DNA of 64,000 nt from Eledone cirrhosa. Lineage: Eukaryota. The stretch covers positions 77,314,001 through 77,378,000 of the forward strand of contig OZ024747.1 of NCBI GenBank assembly GCA_964016885.1. Reading direction: 5' to 3'. Position 1 is the stretch's first letter; each line of letters begins with the position of its first letter. This document shows, piece by piece, positions 53,420 through 64,000 of the stretch. The notes under the pieces were generated by a model. The model saw only the letters and a program-made list of their open reading frames with translations. It searched no databases and was not told where the DNA came from. Position numbers and translations under genes: made by a program.

Positions 53420-53590
53420 GACGCCAGTCCATCATAGTTATTGCTGGTACTCATTTTCAGCTGATTATACTAGAACAACGAGAAATAAAGTGTTTTACTC
53501 AAAACCACAACACACAACCCAACCCAGGAATCAAACCCATGACATAGTGATCATAAATCCAACACCCTTACCACCAGGCCATGCACCTCC
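53420..53590. mobile_element. SINE remnant of a second family
   Basis: GCTGGTACTCATTTT..AAATAAAGTGTTTTACTCAAAACCACAAC..GGAATCAAACCC, a reverse B-box-like motif. Confidence 0.5.
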
Positions 53591-53794
53591 ACCTAGTAGT
53601 AATATATGAAGGAATTAATGCAATAGGTTATTCCCTTTCTCCTTACATAAACGTGACATGTGACTCAATACCAAATATAGATATACTCAAGGGCGGTGCC
53701 CCAGCATGGCCTCAGTGGGATGGCTGGAACAGGTAAAAGAGTAAAAGAGTATACTTACATAACTTAATTTCAGTTTTTATTAGTAACCATTTTG

Positions 53795-53988
53795 AGGGCG
53801 GTGGATTGGCAGTATCGGTAGAGTTAGACACCATGCTTTGCAGCATAGAGTTACAGCCCTTTATGATCTGAGTTTAAATTCCACCGAGGTTAACTTTGCC
53901 TCTCATCCTTACGGGGTTGATAAAATAAAGTACCAGTTACGCACTGGGGTCGATTTAATTGACTTTCCCCTTCCCTATATAAGAAACC
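53795..53988 (+). mobile_element. Full-length tRNA-derived SINE with TSD
   Basis: A/B boxes and core; 16-bp TSD ATTAGTAACCATTTTG vs ATTAGTAACCACTTTG. Confidence 0.88.
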
Positions 53989-54136
53989 ATTAGTAACCAC
54001 TTTGCCTCATATAAGTGATCAATATTTTACAAAGAAGACATGAATATCGCATCAACAACTCCTTTCTTAAAATATAAGTTAAAAGAAAACTAAATTTATT
54101 CAGTGAGCTTATATAAATATTGTATATCTTTGGCAG

Positions 54137-54294
54137 ACAATTTTTCAGACAAATATTTCCAGCATGTGATTGTTACCTGCCAGCTCTTCTGAAATATAAG
54201 AAAAAAATGAATCAAAAGGATGTTAAAATTATAAGATACTGTAACTCTACAACGAAACAAAAGTCAAGATTAGATCAACCTAGACTTTGTCAAA
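54137..54294 (+). CDS. LRR gene exon 6 (LRRCT cap)
   Basis: tttggcag|; QFFRQIFPACDCYLPALL..YCNST..LCQ; donor A|gtgggt gives phase 1, compatible with the next exon. Confidence 0.72.
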
Positions 54295-54415
54295 GTGGGT
54301 AAAATTTTTATCATTTCTCTTATTACTTATGATTTTACTAGCAAAAACGACTACCCATCAGGTGGTTTTCTACTATTACACATGTTACCAGCAGCGTGGA
54401 AATTCCCGCTTTATA

Positions 54416-54757
54416 TACAAGGGTGAACTGAAAAGTTCATAGGCTGACTATGAAGGAGTGGTGTTAGAGCTGTGAAATCTTGCATGCATTAATTTCAACT
54501 CTTTTGTTTTAATAACTGCCTTGTTTCTTTACATGGACTATGTTGAAAAATAAACCTCATTTGATCATTCCATTAGACTTTCTTTGTCAACCTATAAAGG
54601 AGTGATGTTAGAGCTGTGAAATCTTTCATGTATTAATTTCAGCTCTTCTTATTAATAATTGCATTGTTTATTTCTGGACTACAATTAAAAATAAACCTCA
54701 TTTTGTCATTCCATGAGAGTATCTTGGTCAACCTATGAACTTTTCAGTTAACCCTAC
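54416..54757. mobile_element. Mariner-like MITE with internal tandem duplication
   Basis: TIRs AGGGTGAACTGAAAAGTTCATAGGCTGAC vs reverse complement AGGGTTAACTGAAAAGTTCATAGGTTGAC. Confidence 0.8.
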
Positions 54758-54779
54758 ACGATTCAATGACAGTTTGAGT

Positions 54780-55800
54780 TCTGTCTGGATGTGTGGTTCT
54801 TCCACCTTCCATCAATGTTGTGGCAATGCCAGATCATGTAAAATTCACAGCAATTTTTCTGTTTTCACACTGTAGTAAGAATTAAGTTTATGAAGAAAGT
54901 ATTCCCTGTTCCTCTAGGTGTGTCCAAAAAAGTAAATCTACCTTTTTTGTTGTTGACCTTTTGCATGATTTTGTTGTATACAACAGCTTGATCTAGAAGT
55001 AAATTTCCCATAATGTCATTAACAAACTCATTTAACTTTTCAACTTTGAAGCATGTTTCTGAGAATCTCTCTCTAAATGTTAGGTGAATTAGTTCTATTT
55101 GGTTGAGGCATTCAAAACTATTTAAGATTGTCTTCCACTTAGTATGATTTCAGTGAAAATGATTTCAATTGTATTTTTAAATTGAAACTTTTTACTGCTG
55201 CCCATCAGGTCGAAGAGGGCAAACTATCCATGTATCAGCTGTTTACTGGTAGGTTTGTGGTAGAGCCTGTAGCAGTGGTGACTTCTGGTGTTCTTGGCCC
55301 CTGGACCACATCCTTACTCACTGCTATCGATACAGAGTTTGCGGCCCACAGGTGTGAGCCTCATGAGGTTAAGTGGCTGTTCCAGTGCTTCTCCCTTGCA
55401 ATCCTCTGGGGCAATGCATGCTCCATCCTGTCGGTCAGGACCCAGATAGTTAGAGGTGGAGGATACTCGTTCGGTGGAGGATGCTCGTTCAGATGCTACA
55501 CATTTACATATATTTCGTATGAAAATTGATAGCCATTTCCTACATGGAATCCAACAGCTAAAAGTGTCTTTTGGAACTTCTTTGTCTGCTTAAGTTTGAA
55601 GAATACAGTGAATGTTGTTCTTGATCAATCTGTGATTGTTTGTTTCACATTTTTCTCAATGAAATATATTTTATCATTCTTAAGCTGCATGGTGTCTTTC
55701 ATGAAAAGAAAAGTTGAAGATTCTTAAAAATAATTCATTACTACTAAATAATTGACATATCTTGTAGGAAGAGATTTCATCATTTCAGTTTTTCTCAGTT
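54780..55800 (-). mobile_element. Degraded autonomous Helitron (PIF1-like helicase) fragment
   Basis: Minus strand reads KGRFTFLDTPRGTGNTFFINLIL (degenerate Walker A) and SGIATTLMEGGRTTH (PIF1 motif Ia). Confidence 0.7.
55190..55445 (+). mobile_element. CRE-like (restriction-like endonuclease) retrotransposon 3' fragment
   Basis: AA..EEGK..Y..FVVEPVAVVTSGVLG...WLFQCFSLAILWGNACSIL matches the C-terminal RLE pattern of CRE-clade elements. Confidence 0.65.
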
Positions 55801-55834
55801 TGGCATATTTGCAGTTACATAAAACGGATTTAGA

Positions 55835-55983
55835 CAGTGAATTGCTAGAGTCGTTAGAACATTGGATAGAATACTTTGTAGTATTCCTTCCAACTCTCTG
55901 AGTTCAAATCCCACTGAGGTTAACTTTGCCTTTCATCCATTTGTCGTTGATAAAAAAGTACCAGTCTAGTACTGGGGCCAGTT
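55835..55983 (+). mobile_element. Degenerate SINE with Meta-like core
   Basis: TCTGAGTTCAAATCCCACTGAGGTTAACTTTGCCTTTCATCC..GTACCAGT. Confidence 0.75.
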
Positions 55984-56274
55984 CTTCCTTTATATCTCTT
56001 TGTCACTTCCATTCCTTCACTCTCTACCCTTCTCTGGAAGAATCTGCTGTGTTCAGGGCTGGAGAAGAGATTGGCCCCATATTTAAAGATGCCCTAAAAC
56101 ACCATATATCAATAAACATGGCACCCCTATGACTCCCTGGGGAGTTATGGAACCATGCATGGTATGCCATGCAAGATGGATTTCACTGAGTTGCTCAAAT
56201 ATTACATTGATTTGAGCAAGATTTGAGAGGACAGCATGGTAGGACCTATAAATAGACCCCCCCCCCCATCTGCA

Positions 56275-57895
56275 TATATTTATATATCTAAATATCACAC
56301 TGTTTATATATCTAAATATCACACTATTTATATATCTAAATATCACACTGTTTATATATCTAAATATCACACTGTTTATATATCTAAATATCACACTGTT
56401 TATATATCTAAATATCACACTGTTTATATATCTAAATCTCACATTGTTTATATATCTAAATATTACACTGTTTATATATCTAAATATTACACTGTTTATA
56501 TATCTAAATATCACACTATTTATATATCTAAATATCACACTGTTTATATATCTAAAGATCAGACTGTTTATATATCTAAATATCACACTGTTTATATATC
56601 TAAATATCACATTGTTTATATATCTAAATATCACACGGTTTATATTAAATATCACACGGTTTATATATCTAAATATCACACTGTTTATATATCTAAATAT
56701 CACACTGTTTATATATCTAAATATCACATTGTTTATATATCTAAATATCACACGGTTTATATTAAATATCACACTGTTTATATATCTAAATATCACACTA
56801 TTTATATATCTAAATATCACACGGTTTATATATCTAAATATCACACTGTTTATATATCTAAATATCACACTGTTTATATATCTAAATATCACATTGTTTA
56901 TATATCTAAATATCACACTGTTTATATATCTAAATATCACACTGTTTATATATCTAACTATCACACTGTTTATATATCTAAATATCACACTGTTTATATA
57001 TCGAAATATCACACTGTTTATATATCGAAATATCACACTGTTTATATATCTAAATATCACACTGTTTATATATCTAAATATCACACTGTTTATATATTTA
57101 AATATCACACTGTTTATATATCTAAATATCACACTGTTTATATATCTAAATATCACACGGTTTATATATCTAAATATCACACTGTATATATATCTAAATA
57201 TCACACTGTTTATATATCTAAATATCACACGGTTTATATATCTAAATATCACACTGTTTATATATCTAAATATCACACTGTTTATATATCTAAATATCAC
57301 ACTGTTTATATATCTAACTATCACACTGTTTATATATCTAAATAACACACTGTTTATATATCTAAATATCACACTGTTTATATATCTAAATATCACACTG
57401 TTTATATATTTAAATATCACACTGTTTATATATCTAAATATCACACTGTTTATACATCTAAATATCACACTGTTTATATATCTAAATATCACACTGTTTA
57501 TATATCTAAATATCACACTGTTTATATATCTAAATATCACACTGTTTATATATCTAAATATCATATTGTTTATATATCTAAATATCATATTGTTTATATA
57601 TCTAAATATCATATTGTTTATATATCTAAATATCACACTGTTTATATATCTAAATATCACACTGTTTATATATCTAAATATCACACTGTTTATATATCTA
57701 AATATCACACTGTTTATATATCTAAATATCATACTGTTTATATATCTAAATATCACACTGTTTATATATCTAAATATCACATTGTTTATATATCTAAATA
57801 TCACACTGTTTATATATCTAAATATCACACTGTTTATATATCTAAATATCACACTGTTTATATATCTAAACATCACATTGTTTATATATCTAAAA
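56275..57895. repeat. 24-bp minisatellite, about 67 copies
   Basis: Unit TTTATATATCTAAATATCACACTG. Confidence 0.97.
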
Positions 57896-58008
57896 TGTAT
57901 AAATTTCAACACTAACACTTATATATTTGCTTTACATCCCTATTGCTTCTTCGTAAATGGCAATTACCGTTCAGTTCTTAAATGTTAACATTTCCTTTCA
58001 TTCTCTAG

Positions 58009-58100
58009 ATTACTCCCTTTTTCGAAAGGGATTGTCATGTCAAGAATGTTCAGGGATCAAGTGCACCAGTATGCTAGTGACTAAATGTCCAGGTACAGAG
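58009..58100 (+). CDS. LRR gene exon 7: start of a Cys-rich (Ly6/uPAR-like) domain
   Basis: tttcattctctag|...|gtaaag, phase 1-0; (N)YSLFRKGLSCQECSGIKCTSMLVTKCPGTE. Confidence 0.65.
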
Positions 58101-58384
58101 GTAAAGTAATGTTAAATTATTACTATAGTATAACCCCATAATATATAGAAACATTGTATGTGAATAGAGTGCCACTACAACTCCTTCAGGACTTATGGTA
58201 TCATGCATGCATATATGGATCCCCAACTCTAGATTTGTATACATCGTGTGTTGGACATTTAAACCCTGGTAGAGGGCAAACCTTCTACAGGTAAGAATAC
58301 AGTCAATTTCTTTCACAGAAGGGGGGAGAGAGTAAAAGAGAGAAAGCGTGAACGAGGGTAAGTGAGAAAAAGATATAGAGGGAG

Positions 58385-58545
58385 AATCTACTCCGGTACT
58401 AGACTGGTACTTTCTTATTGACCTCAAAAGGATGAAAAGTGGAGTTGACTTTGGTGGGTTTTAAACTCAGAGTGCAGAGAGCTAGAATGAATACCACAAT
58501 GCATTCTATCTGACAATATAACAACTCTATCAATTCAGTGCCTTC
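58385..58545 (-). mobile_element. Degenerate SINE
   Basis: Reverse complement of the core (GTACTAGACTGGTACTTT..AAGGATGAAA..AAACTCAGA). Confidence 0.6.
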
Positions 58546-58672
58546 AGAAAATAATGCTAACACTCTCCTCATTTAAGGTAGTAAAATATGAAAAACAAGC
58601 AAGGAAAAGAACTTCTATAGCTTGAACCGGTCCAATTCTTTTAAGAAAATTTAGTGCAACGCAGTAAGAGGG

Positions 58673-58721
<49 letters not shown>

Positions 58722-58805
58722 GTAGGTCCCGGGTTGAGTCGGGGATAACCACAGTAAGTAAGGTACTCAATACATGGCAGAGTAAAATTTTTTTATTTTA
58801 TAGAA

Positions 58806-58860
58806 GGAGCTTCTACAGGACTAGTACTGTTTCATTCAGATGAAATCTTCAGGAAGCTCC
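58806..58860 (-). ncRNA. Type I hammerhead ribozyme in a 125-bp palindrome (58794-58918) with an overlapping + strand copy
   Basis: GGAGCTTC-CTGAAGA-tTTCAtcTGAAt-GAAA-CAGtactagtcCTG-TA-GAAGCTCC. Confidence 0.8.
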
Positions 58861-58912
58861 TGAAGATTTCATCTGAATGAAACAGTACTGGTCCTGTAGA
58901 AGCTCCTTCTAT

Positions 58913-59011
<99 letters not shown>

Positions 59012-59019
59012 GTAATAAA

Positions 59020-59127
59020 ATGAAAACGAAATTTCATTTCTCACTCTTAGTACGGCACTTACTTAAATGTAAGTATGTATGTATACGTACATACATATAT
59101 GTATACAGACGTACAGTAGCATGCATA

Positions 59128-59165
<38 letters not shown>

Positions 59166-59728
59166 CATATATACATACAGGTACACATACATATATGTAC
59201 GCATCAGTTTAGCGGACGCTTATTATAGCGCCCGCTTTGTTCGTTTGTAAACAAACTGAACAGCCTGAATTTATGCCGCACGGTGTTAAGGCAACCACGT
59301 CACCTTTTTGTTCAACACTGATACAGGAACGATGTACTAGTTTCAAGCTTGTTAGCTATCATCAGCACCGTATACCCATCTGCCAGATAGTTGAACGTTC
59401 GAAAGTATATACTTTCCTTATGAAAATTAACGGCTGAGCTGCCTAATTTGCATATCGAGTGAGTTAAATCGGTCAGGCGCACCGAAAACGATGAGTTGTA
59501 ATAATATCTGGCAGATGGGTATACGGTGCTGATGATAGCTAACAAGCTTGAAACTAGTACATCGTTCCTGTGTCAGTGTTGAACAAAAAGGTGACGTGGT
59601 TGCCTTAACACCATGCGGCATAAATTCAGGCTGTTCAGTTTGTTTACAAACGAACAAAGCGGGCGCTATAATAAGCGTCCGCTAAACTGATGCGTACATA
59701 TATGTATGTGTACCTGTATGTATATATG

Positions 59729-59761
<33 letters not shown>

Positions 59762-59817
59762 GCATGCTACTGTACGTCTGTATACATATATGCATGTACG
59801 TATACATACATACTTAC

Positions 59818-59822
<5 letters not shown>
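59020..59822. repeat. Longest fold-back copy of repeat family X
   Basis: Arms 59064-59389 and 59505-59822 near-identical, 115-bp loop. Confidence 0.88.
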
Positions 59823-59848
<26 letters not shown>

Positions 59849-60536
59849 GGAAAATGTATGACCTCGACGGCAGAGCTCAAGCCGTTTCGACGGCTATTTC
59901 TGTCATACATTTTCGGGGTCATACATTTTCCTATTACCTGCTCTACTACCCTAAGTATTGAGTATTGAGTACTCTGGTGCGTTATGGTCCATCTGGTTCC
60001 TTACCACAACTCCTTCGTTATATATATATATATATGAGAGTATTGAAGTTTGCTTGAAGCATTGTGGAATAATAAGGTAAATTTCTTTAAGTCGTTTGGA
60101 AGCCTCGACAATGCAGATGGGTAAATCTCCGGGTAACAAGATCCGGTGGTGGAGAGAGAGATGTAAGTGGGTGTACGTCGAGATGCGTGGCGTGTAGAAG
60201 AATGTAGGAAAGCGCGTAAAGGATAAAAATAAAAATAAAAATAATAACACGAGATAGAGTTACCTTGAGAGAGATTTAATTGTCCCTATATATTTCGGAT
60301 TCACATCCATCAACTGGGTTTTTTCCGGGGGGGGGGGGGGGTTGTCTGTCGGAAAGGTGCGAAACGTGTCCTCCGCTGTTCGTTGTTTTGAATATCTGAG
60401 GTATTCAGCAGAGCGCGCGTGCGCGTGAAGTGGGGTCGGTCAAGCAGAGGTCAGCGGCCGAAATAGTTCTTTCAATTGTGGGAGTGGGGTGGCGTTAGCT
60501 GTCAGTCCATAGTATTCTCTGCCTGTATGGTGAATG

Positions 60537-60580
<44 letters not shown>

Positions 60581-60659
60581 CGTGTGTTGTTGTCTCGCTT
60601 GAGTGTGTGTGCCTTGTTCGTCTGTATTGGCAGTGTAGTATGTTCGTATGGTGGAATGC

Positions 60660-60695
<36 letters not shown>

Positions 60696-60879
60696 GCGCG
60701 CGTGTGTAGCTGTCTCGCTTGTGTGTGTGTGTGTGTGCGTGTGTTGCTGCATCGTTTGTTAACTTAAATCAACCACCTCATTTCGCTTCTCTCAGATCGG
60801 TTGTTTAATTGTGGCCCTAGGCGTTTGATCCAAAGTGCTTCCTTGATACGTAATGTGCCGACGTTTCTTTCTGTCGCTA

Positions 60880-60938
<59 letters not shown>

Positions 60939-61246
60939 TTGAAAGAGACAAAGCTGTGTGGTTACTAAGAACGAGTGTTTAGAAAGTAAAGGAAACACAA
61001 ACCTAGAGATAGACATTTTTCCTCATCAGTTATTTGCTGCGGGTCTTGGATCTTTCAGCGCATTAAAAACAATACATCTATCTGCAGTTCGATAATAACT
61101 TAGAAAGTTATTAGGGGAAGAAAAGACGAAAGAGAGACGATAGCGAAAAGAGAAAAAAAACGGAAGAGAAGAAAAGAAGAGAAAAATATATATGTATACA
61201 TACACAATATATTAATAAATGGAAACTATATTTATAAAACCATATT

Positions 61247-61312
61247 TATTTTATTATATATATTTCAAGGGCAACCAAGGCAAATTATGGTGCGCTTTCA
61301 TCAGATAAAATA
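61247..61312 (-). ncRNA. Type I hammerhead ribozyme in a PLE pLTR
   Basis: TATTTTAT-CTGATGA-[aagcgcacca..tggttgccctt]-GAAA-TATATA-TA-ATAAAATA. Confidence 0.82.
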
Positions 61313-62755
61313 CAGATTTGTTTTATAAATAAATATTGACATACCCGGAAAAAAGACAACCTTAACGGTTGGAGCTTCCTGGATAGTGGAGATAATATTT
61401 TATTGAGGGTAATACAAAGTTATGAGTGAGTATGCAAATGAGTGTCCGAAAAGTTGAAAAGATAACGGTTTATTTAAATTAAACTGTTGGAAGAAGAGGA
61501 TATGTAAGGGAGAGAGAAAAGAAAAAGAAAGAAAAGGAAGGAGAAAGAGAAGAGGAAAGTAAAAACGATTATACATAGTGATAGTGAAGACAGTCAAGAG
61601 TGAACGAAGAAATATATATTAATGGAAGAATATAGAGCGTAAATATATCTAAGTGAAAGAAGTGAAAGAAGAAATAATAAGATTAACGTGGAAGAATAAT
61701 ATTTAGAATGTATGGTTCATTACGTTGCGATTATAATATTTATAATGATAAGTTGAAAAAATTAAAATAAAAAATTAAAAATCAAAATTAAAGATTAAAA
61801 TTTACCTTAATATTAAAAATTAAAAATTAAAATTAAAACAGAAGTATTTATATTATATTAGGATGTATTGGTAATAAAATATTCGTCTAGATGTGTATGT
61901 TATGGATTATAAATTATTTAAATAAATATACAGTATTTTACATTAGAGAAAATCTAGTATAGTTTATCTGATTAAAGTAAGTTTGGCTAAATTATATTTA
62001 TTAATAGTTGTAAGTCAAAACTTAAACATCCAAATAATTCCAAATTTATGAAAATTTACGAGAGTTAACAAAGGAATAACTACTTAATGATATTATAAAA
62101 ACAGTAAGGAAGTATAAAGGAAGTTAGAAGTGATTTTTTAAGAACTCAAATGACTCCAAGGATACATAAAAAAAAAACCTTAAAAAAACCTTCCTTCAAA
62201 AAAAATTTTTTTTTAATTTTTCAAAAATTTTTTATGAGAAGTCATAAATGTTATAAAGTTAAAAAATGTTATCTTAAGAATATAATTAAAACATAAACCA
62301 TATGTTATGTTATAAGAAGTCATAAATTTATCTTAAGAATATAATTAAAACATAAACCATAGGTTATTCCACATATATATAAATATTTGGATATATACTA
62401 AAAATGTTTGAAGATATAAAATATTGGAAGATATGAAAATAATGGTTTTTCCATATCTTTCAAAGGAACTTTCAAAGAATTTTCTAAAACATTCAGAAAG
62501 TCTTTCAAGGAAAATTTTTCTTAAAAGAATTTCAAATAGTCATATAAAAAGGTTATAATCAATTGATAAGTGTAATAATATAAAGTGTATTTATGAAGTA
62601 GAGATAATAGAAAGTAAATTAAATAAATTAAATATAGATAATAGAAAGTAAATTAAATATATATGAATCATATATAGATATAATCTGAAGGATGAAGCTG
62701 TAGGTGGTTGGATATAGAAAACATTATGTAAAGGAGATATATTACATTTTATATA

Positions 62756-63924
62756 TTACATTTTATATATATATCTAAAAGTTGAGTTTAAACGATGTTT
62801 ACAAGAACTAAATAAATTATTACGCAAATTAATAGAGTTCTTACTTTTTAGTATAAAGAATATTTCTTCAACGCAAAGGGAGCAATTTTTGGATAGAGCT
62901 GTGTATGAAGGAGCTTTGGAGATAATTTCCCAAGATAAAGAATAGTTAATATTCTTGGATTTTAAGTTCCATAATAAGTTGGATAGAGAAGTTGAAGATT
63001 TTTTACCAATGTAAAGGAACATTTATGGTTATTGAAACGAGATTTGAAGTCTGTGGAAGTAGGGCCGACATAGTTAAAGGAATTTTCAATAGTTTTGACA
63101 TTACAATTGTATACTATAATTTTAACTAAACAGTTATTATTTAGAGGGCAGTTAGATTTATTTCTACAATTACATTTATCTGAATTTATATTATTGGGAG
63201 CCGTAACATTATATTGGATATTGCTGGAGGTATTAATGTTATTCTGGTTAGGTTTTAAGTTTCTATTATTAATTCTATTAATATTCTGCGCTAAATTCAT
63301 AGTGGTGGAATATGAGAGTTTAATAGTATGTCTATTAAAGATTAAGTAATATCTGTGTGTCTTAGGAAAACACTTATCAAGAGCTTTAAAAAATAGTTTA
63401 ACTATTGGAGTTTTAATACTTAATGAGAAAGGGGGAGCGAACCATAATATATTTCTAGTTCTATTTCTTCTTTTGATTTTCGAGTTAGTGCAAGGTTTCC
63501 TATTATAATTATATTTATAGTTATGGTTAATTGGCACATCCTTATTATCAATGTATTTAATTTCATTACTATAGCCTGCTCTACTTAACGCTTGGTAATA
63601 ATATTGTGCCTTATCTTCAAATATATTTTTATTCGCTGAAATTCTAGAAATACGTTGCTGCACAGAATTTATAACGGATCTGGGGTGATTGGAATTAAAG
63701 TTAACATAGTTTAAATTATCATTGATTTTATGAAATGGATAATAAAGACCAGTATTAAGGTTTAAAGTTACATCTAAAAAATTAACTATTTTATTCTCTA
63801 CTTCTACTTTAAGATTAACGCTATTAAAAAATTGTATAATTTCTTTTCTTTTCCTATTTATTTCACAATTATTATTATTTTCAATAAGCAATAGCATATC
63901 GTCACGATATAAACCACCGGTCAT
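62756..63924 (-). pseudogene. PLE ORF (RT thumb plus GIY-YIG), frameshifted
   Basis: ORFs 62962..63924 and 62756..63022 join into one PLE protein. Confidence 0.88.
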
Positions 63925-64000
63925 CTCTGGTATTTTCCTATGTAAAGTATTGTTAATAAAAAGCCCATAGTGATATCGAAATTGTTATCCCTATCTGCTC

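Larger units (their letters stand above)
61205..64000 (-). mobile_element. PLE (Naiad-like): RT C-terminal half, GIY-YIG and long 3' region with HHR; runs off the window
   Basis: GLYRDD, NFLDVTL, YVNFNSNHP, WFAPPF, CNC..CP..C, IVY..YVG, CSLC, CKH; one frameshift near 63000. Confidence 0.92.

Noticed and set aside
56083-57988. 611, 514 and 369 aa ORFs
   Set aside because: Artefacts of the 24-bp minisatellite.

Overview
AT-rich, microsatellite-dense animal genomic DNA; the SINE repertoire suggests an octopod cephalopod, which is an inference. The window is almost all mobile DNA wrapped around one host gene. (1) 1-11.5 kb: two near-intact, co-oriented Tx1-clade (L1-like) non-LTR retrotransposons. 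The second is full length, has a 12-bp TSD and sits inside a Tigger/pogo-type MITE. (2) 15-27 kb and the introns further right: many Penelope-like element (PLE, Naiad-like) fragments and PLE-type non-coding repeats carrying more than a dozen type I hammerhead ribozyme (HHR) motifs, usually as fold-backs between (TA)n tracts. (3) 28.5-58.1 kb: seven + strand exons of a secreted or surface LRR protein (signal peptide, LRRNT, about 4 LRRs, LRRCT, then a Ly6/uPAR-like Cys motif); the gene continues past the last exon found. (4) CR1, RTE, CRE and Helitron remnants, tRNA-derived SINEs, a 111-bp satellite grown inside an RTE ORF, and a 24-bp minisatellite. The most notable signal is the set of non-coding, HHR-bearing, (TA)n-embedded elements, including a 701-bp terminally redundant retrozyme-like unit. 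All alignments and folds were done by eye; no searches were run.
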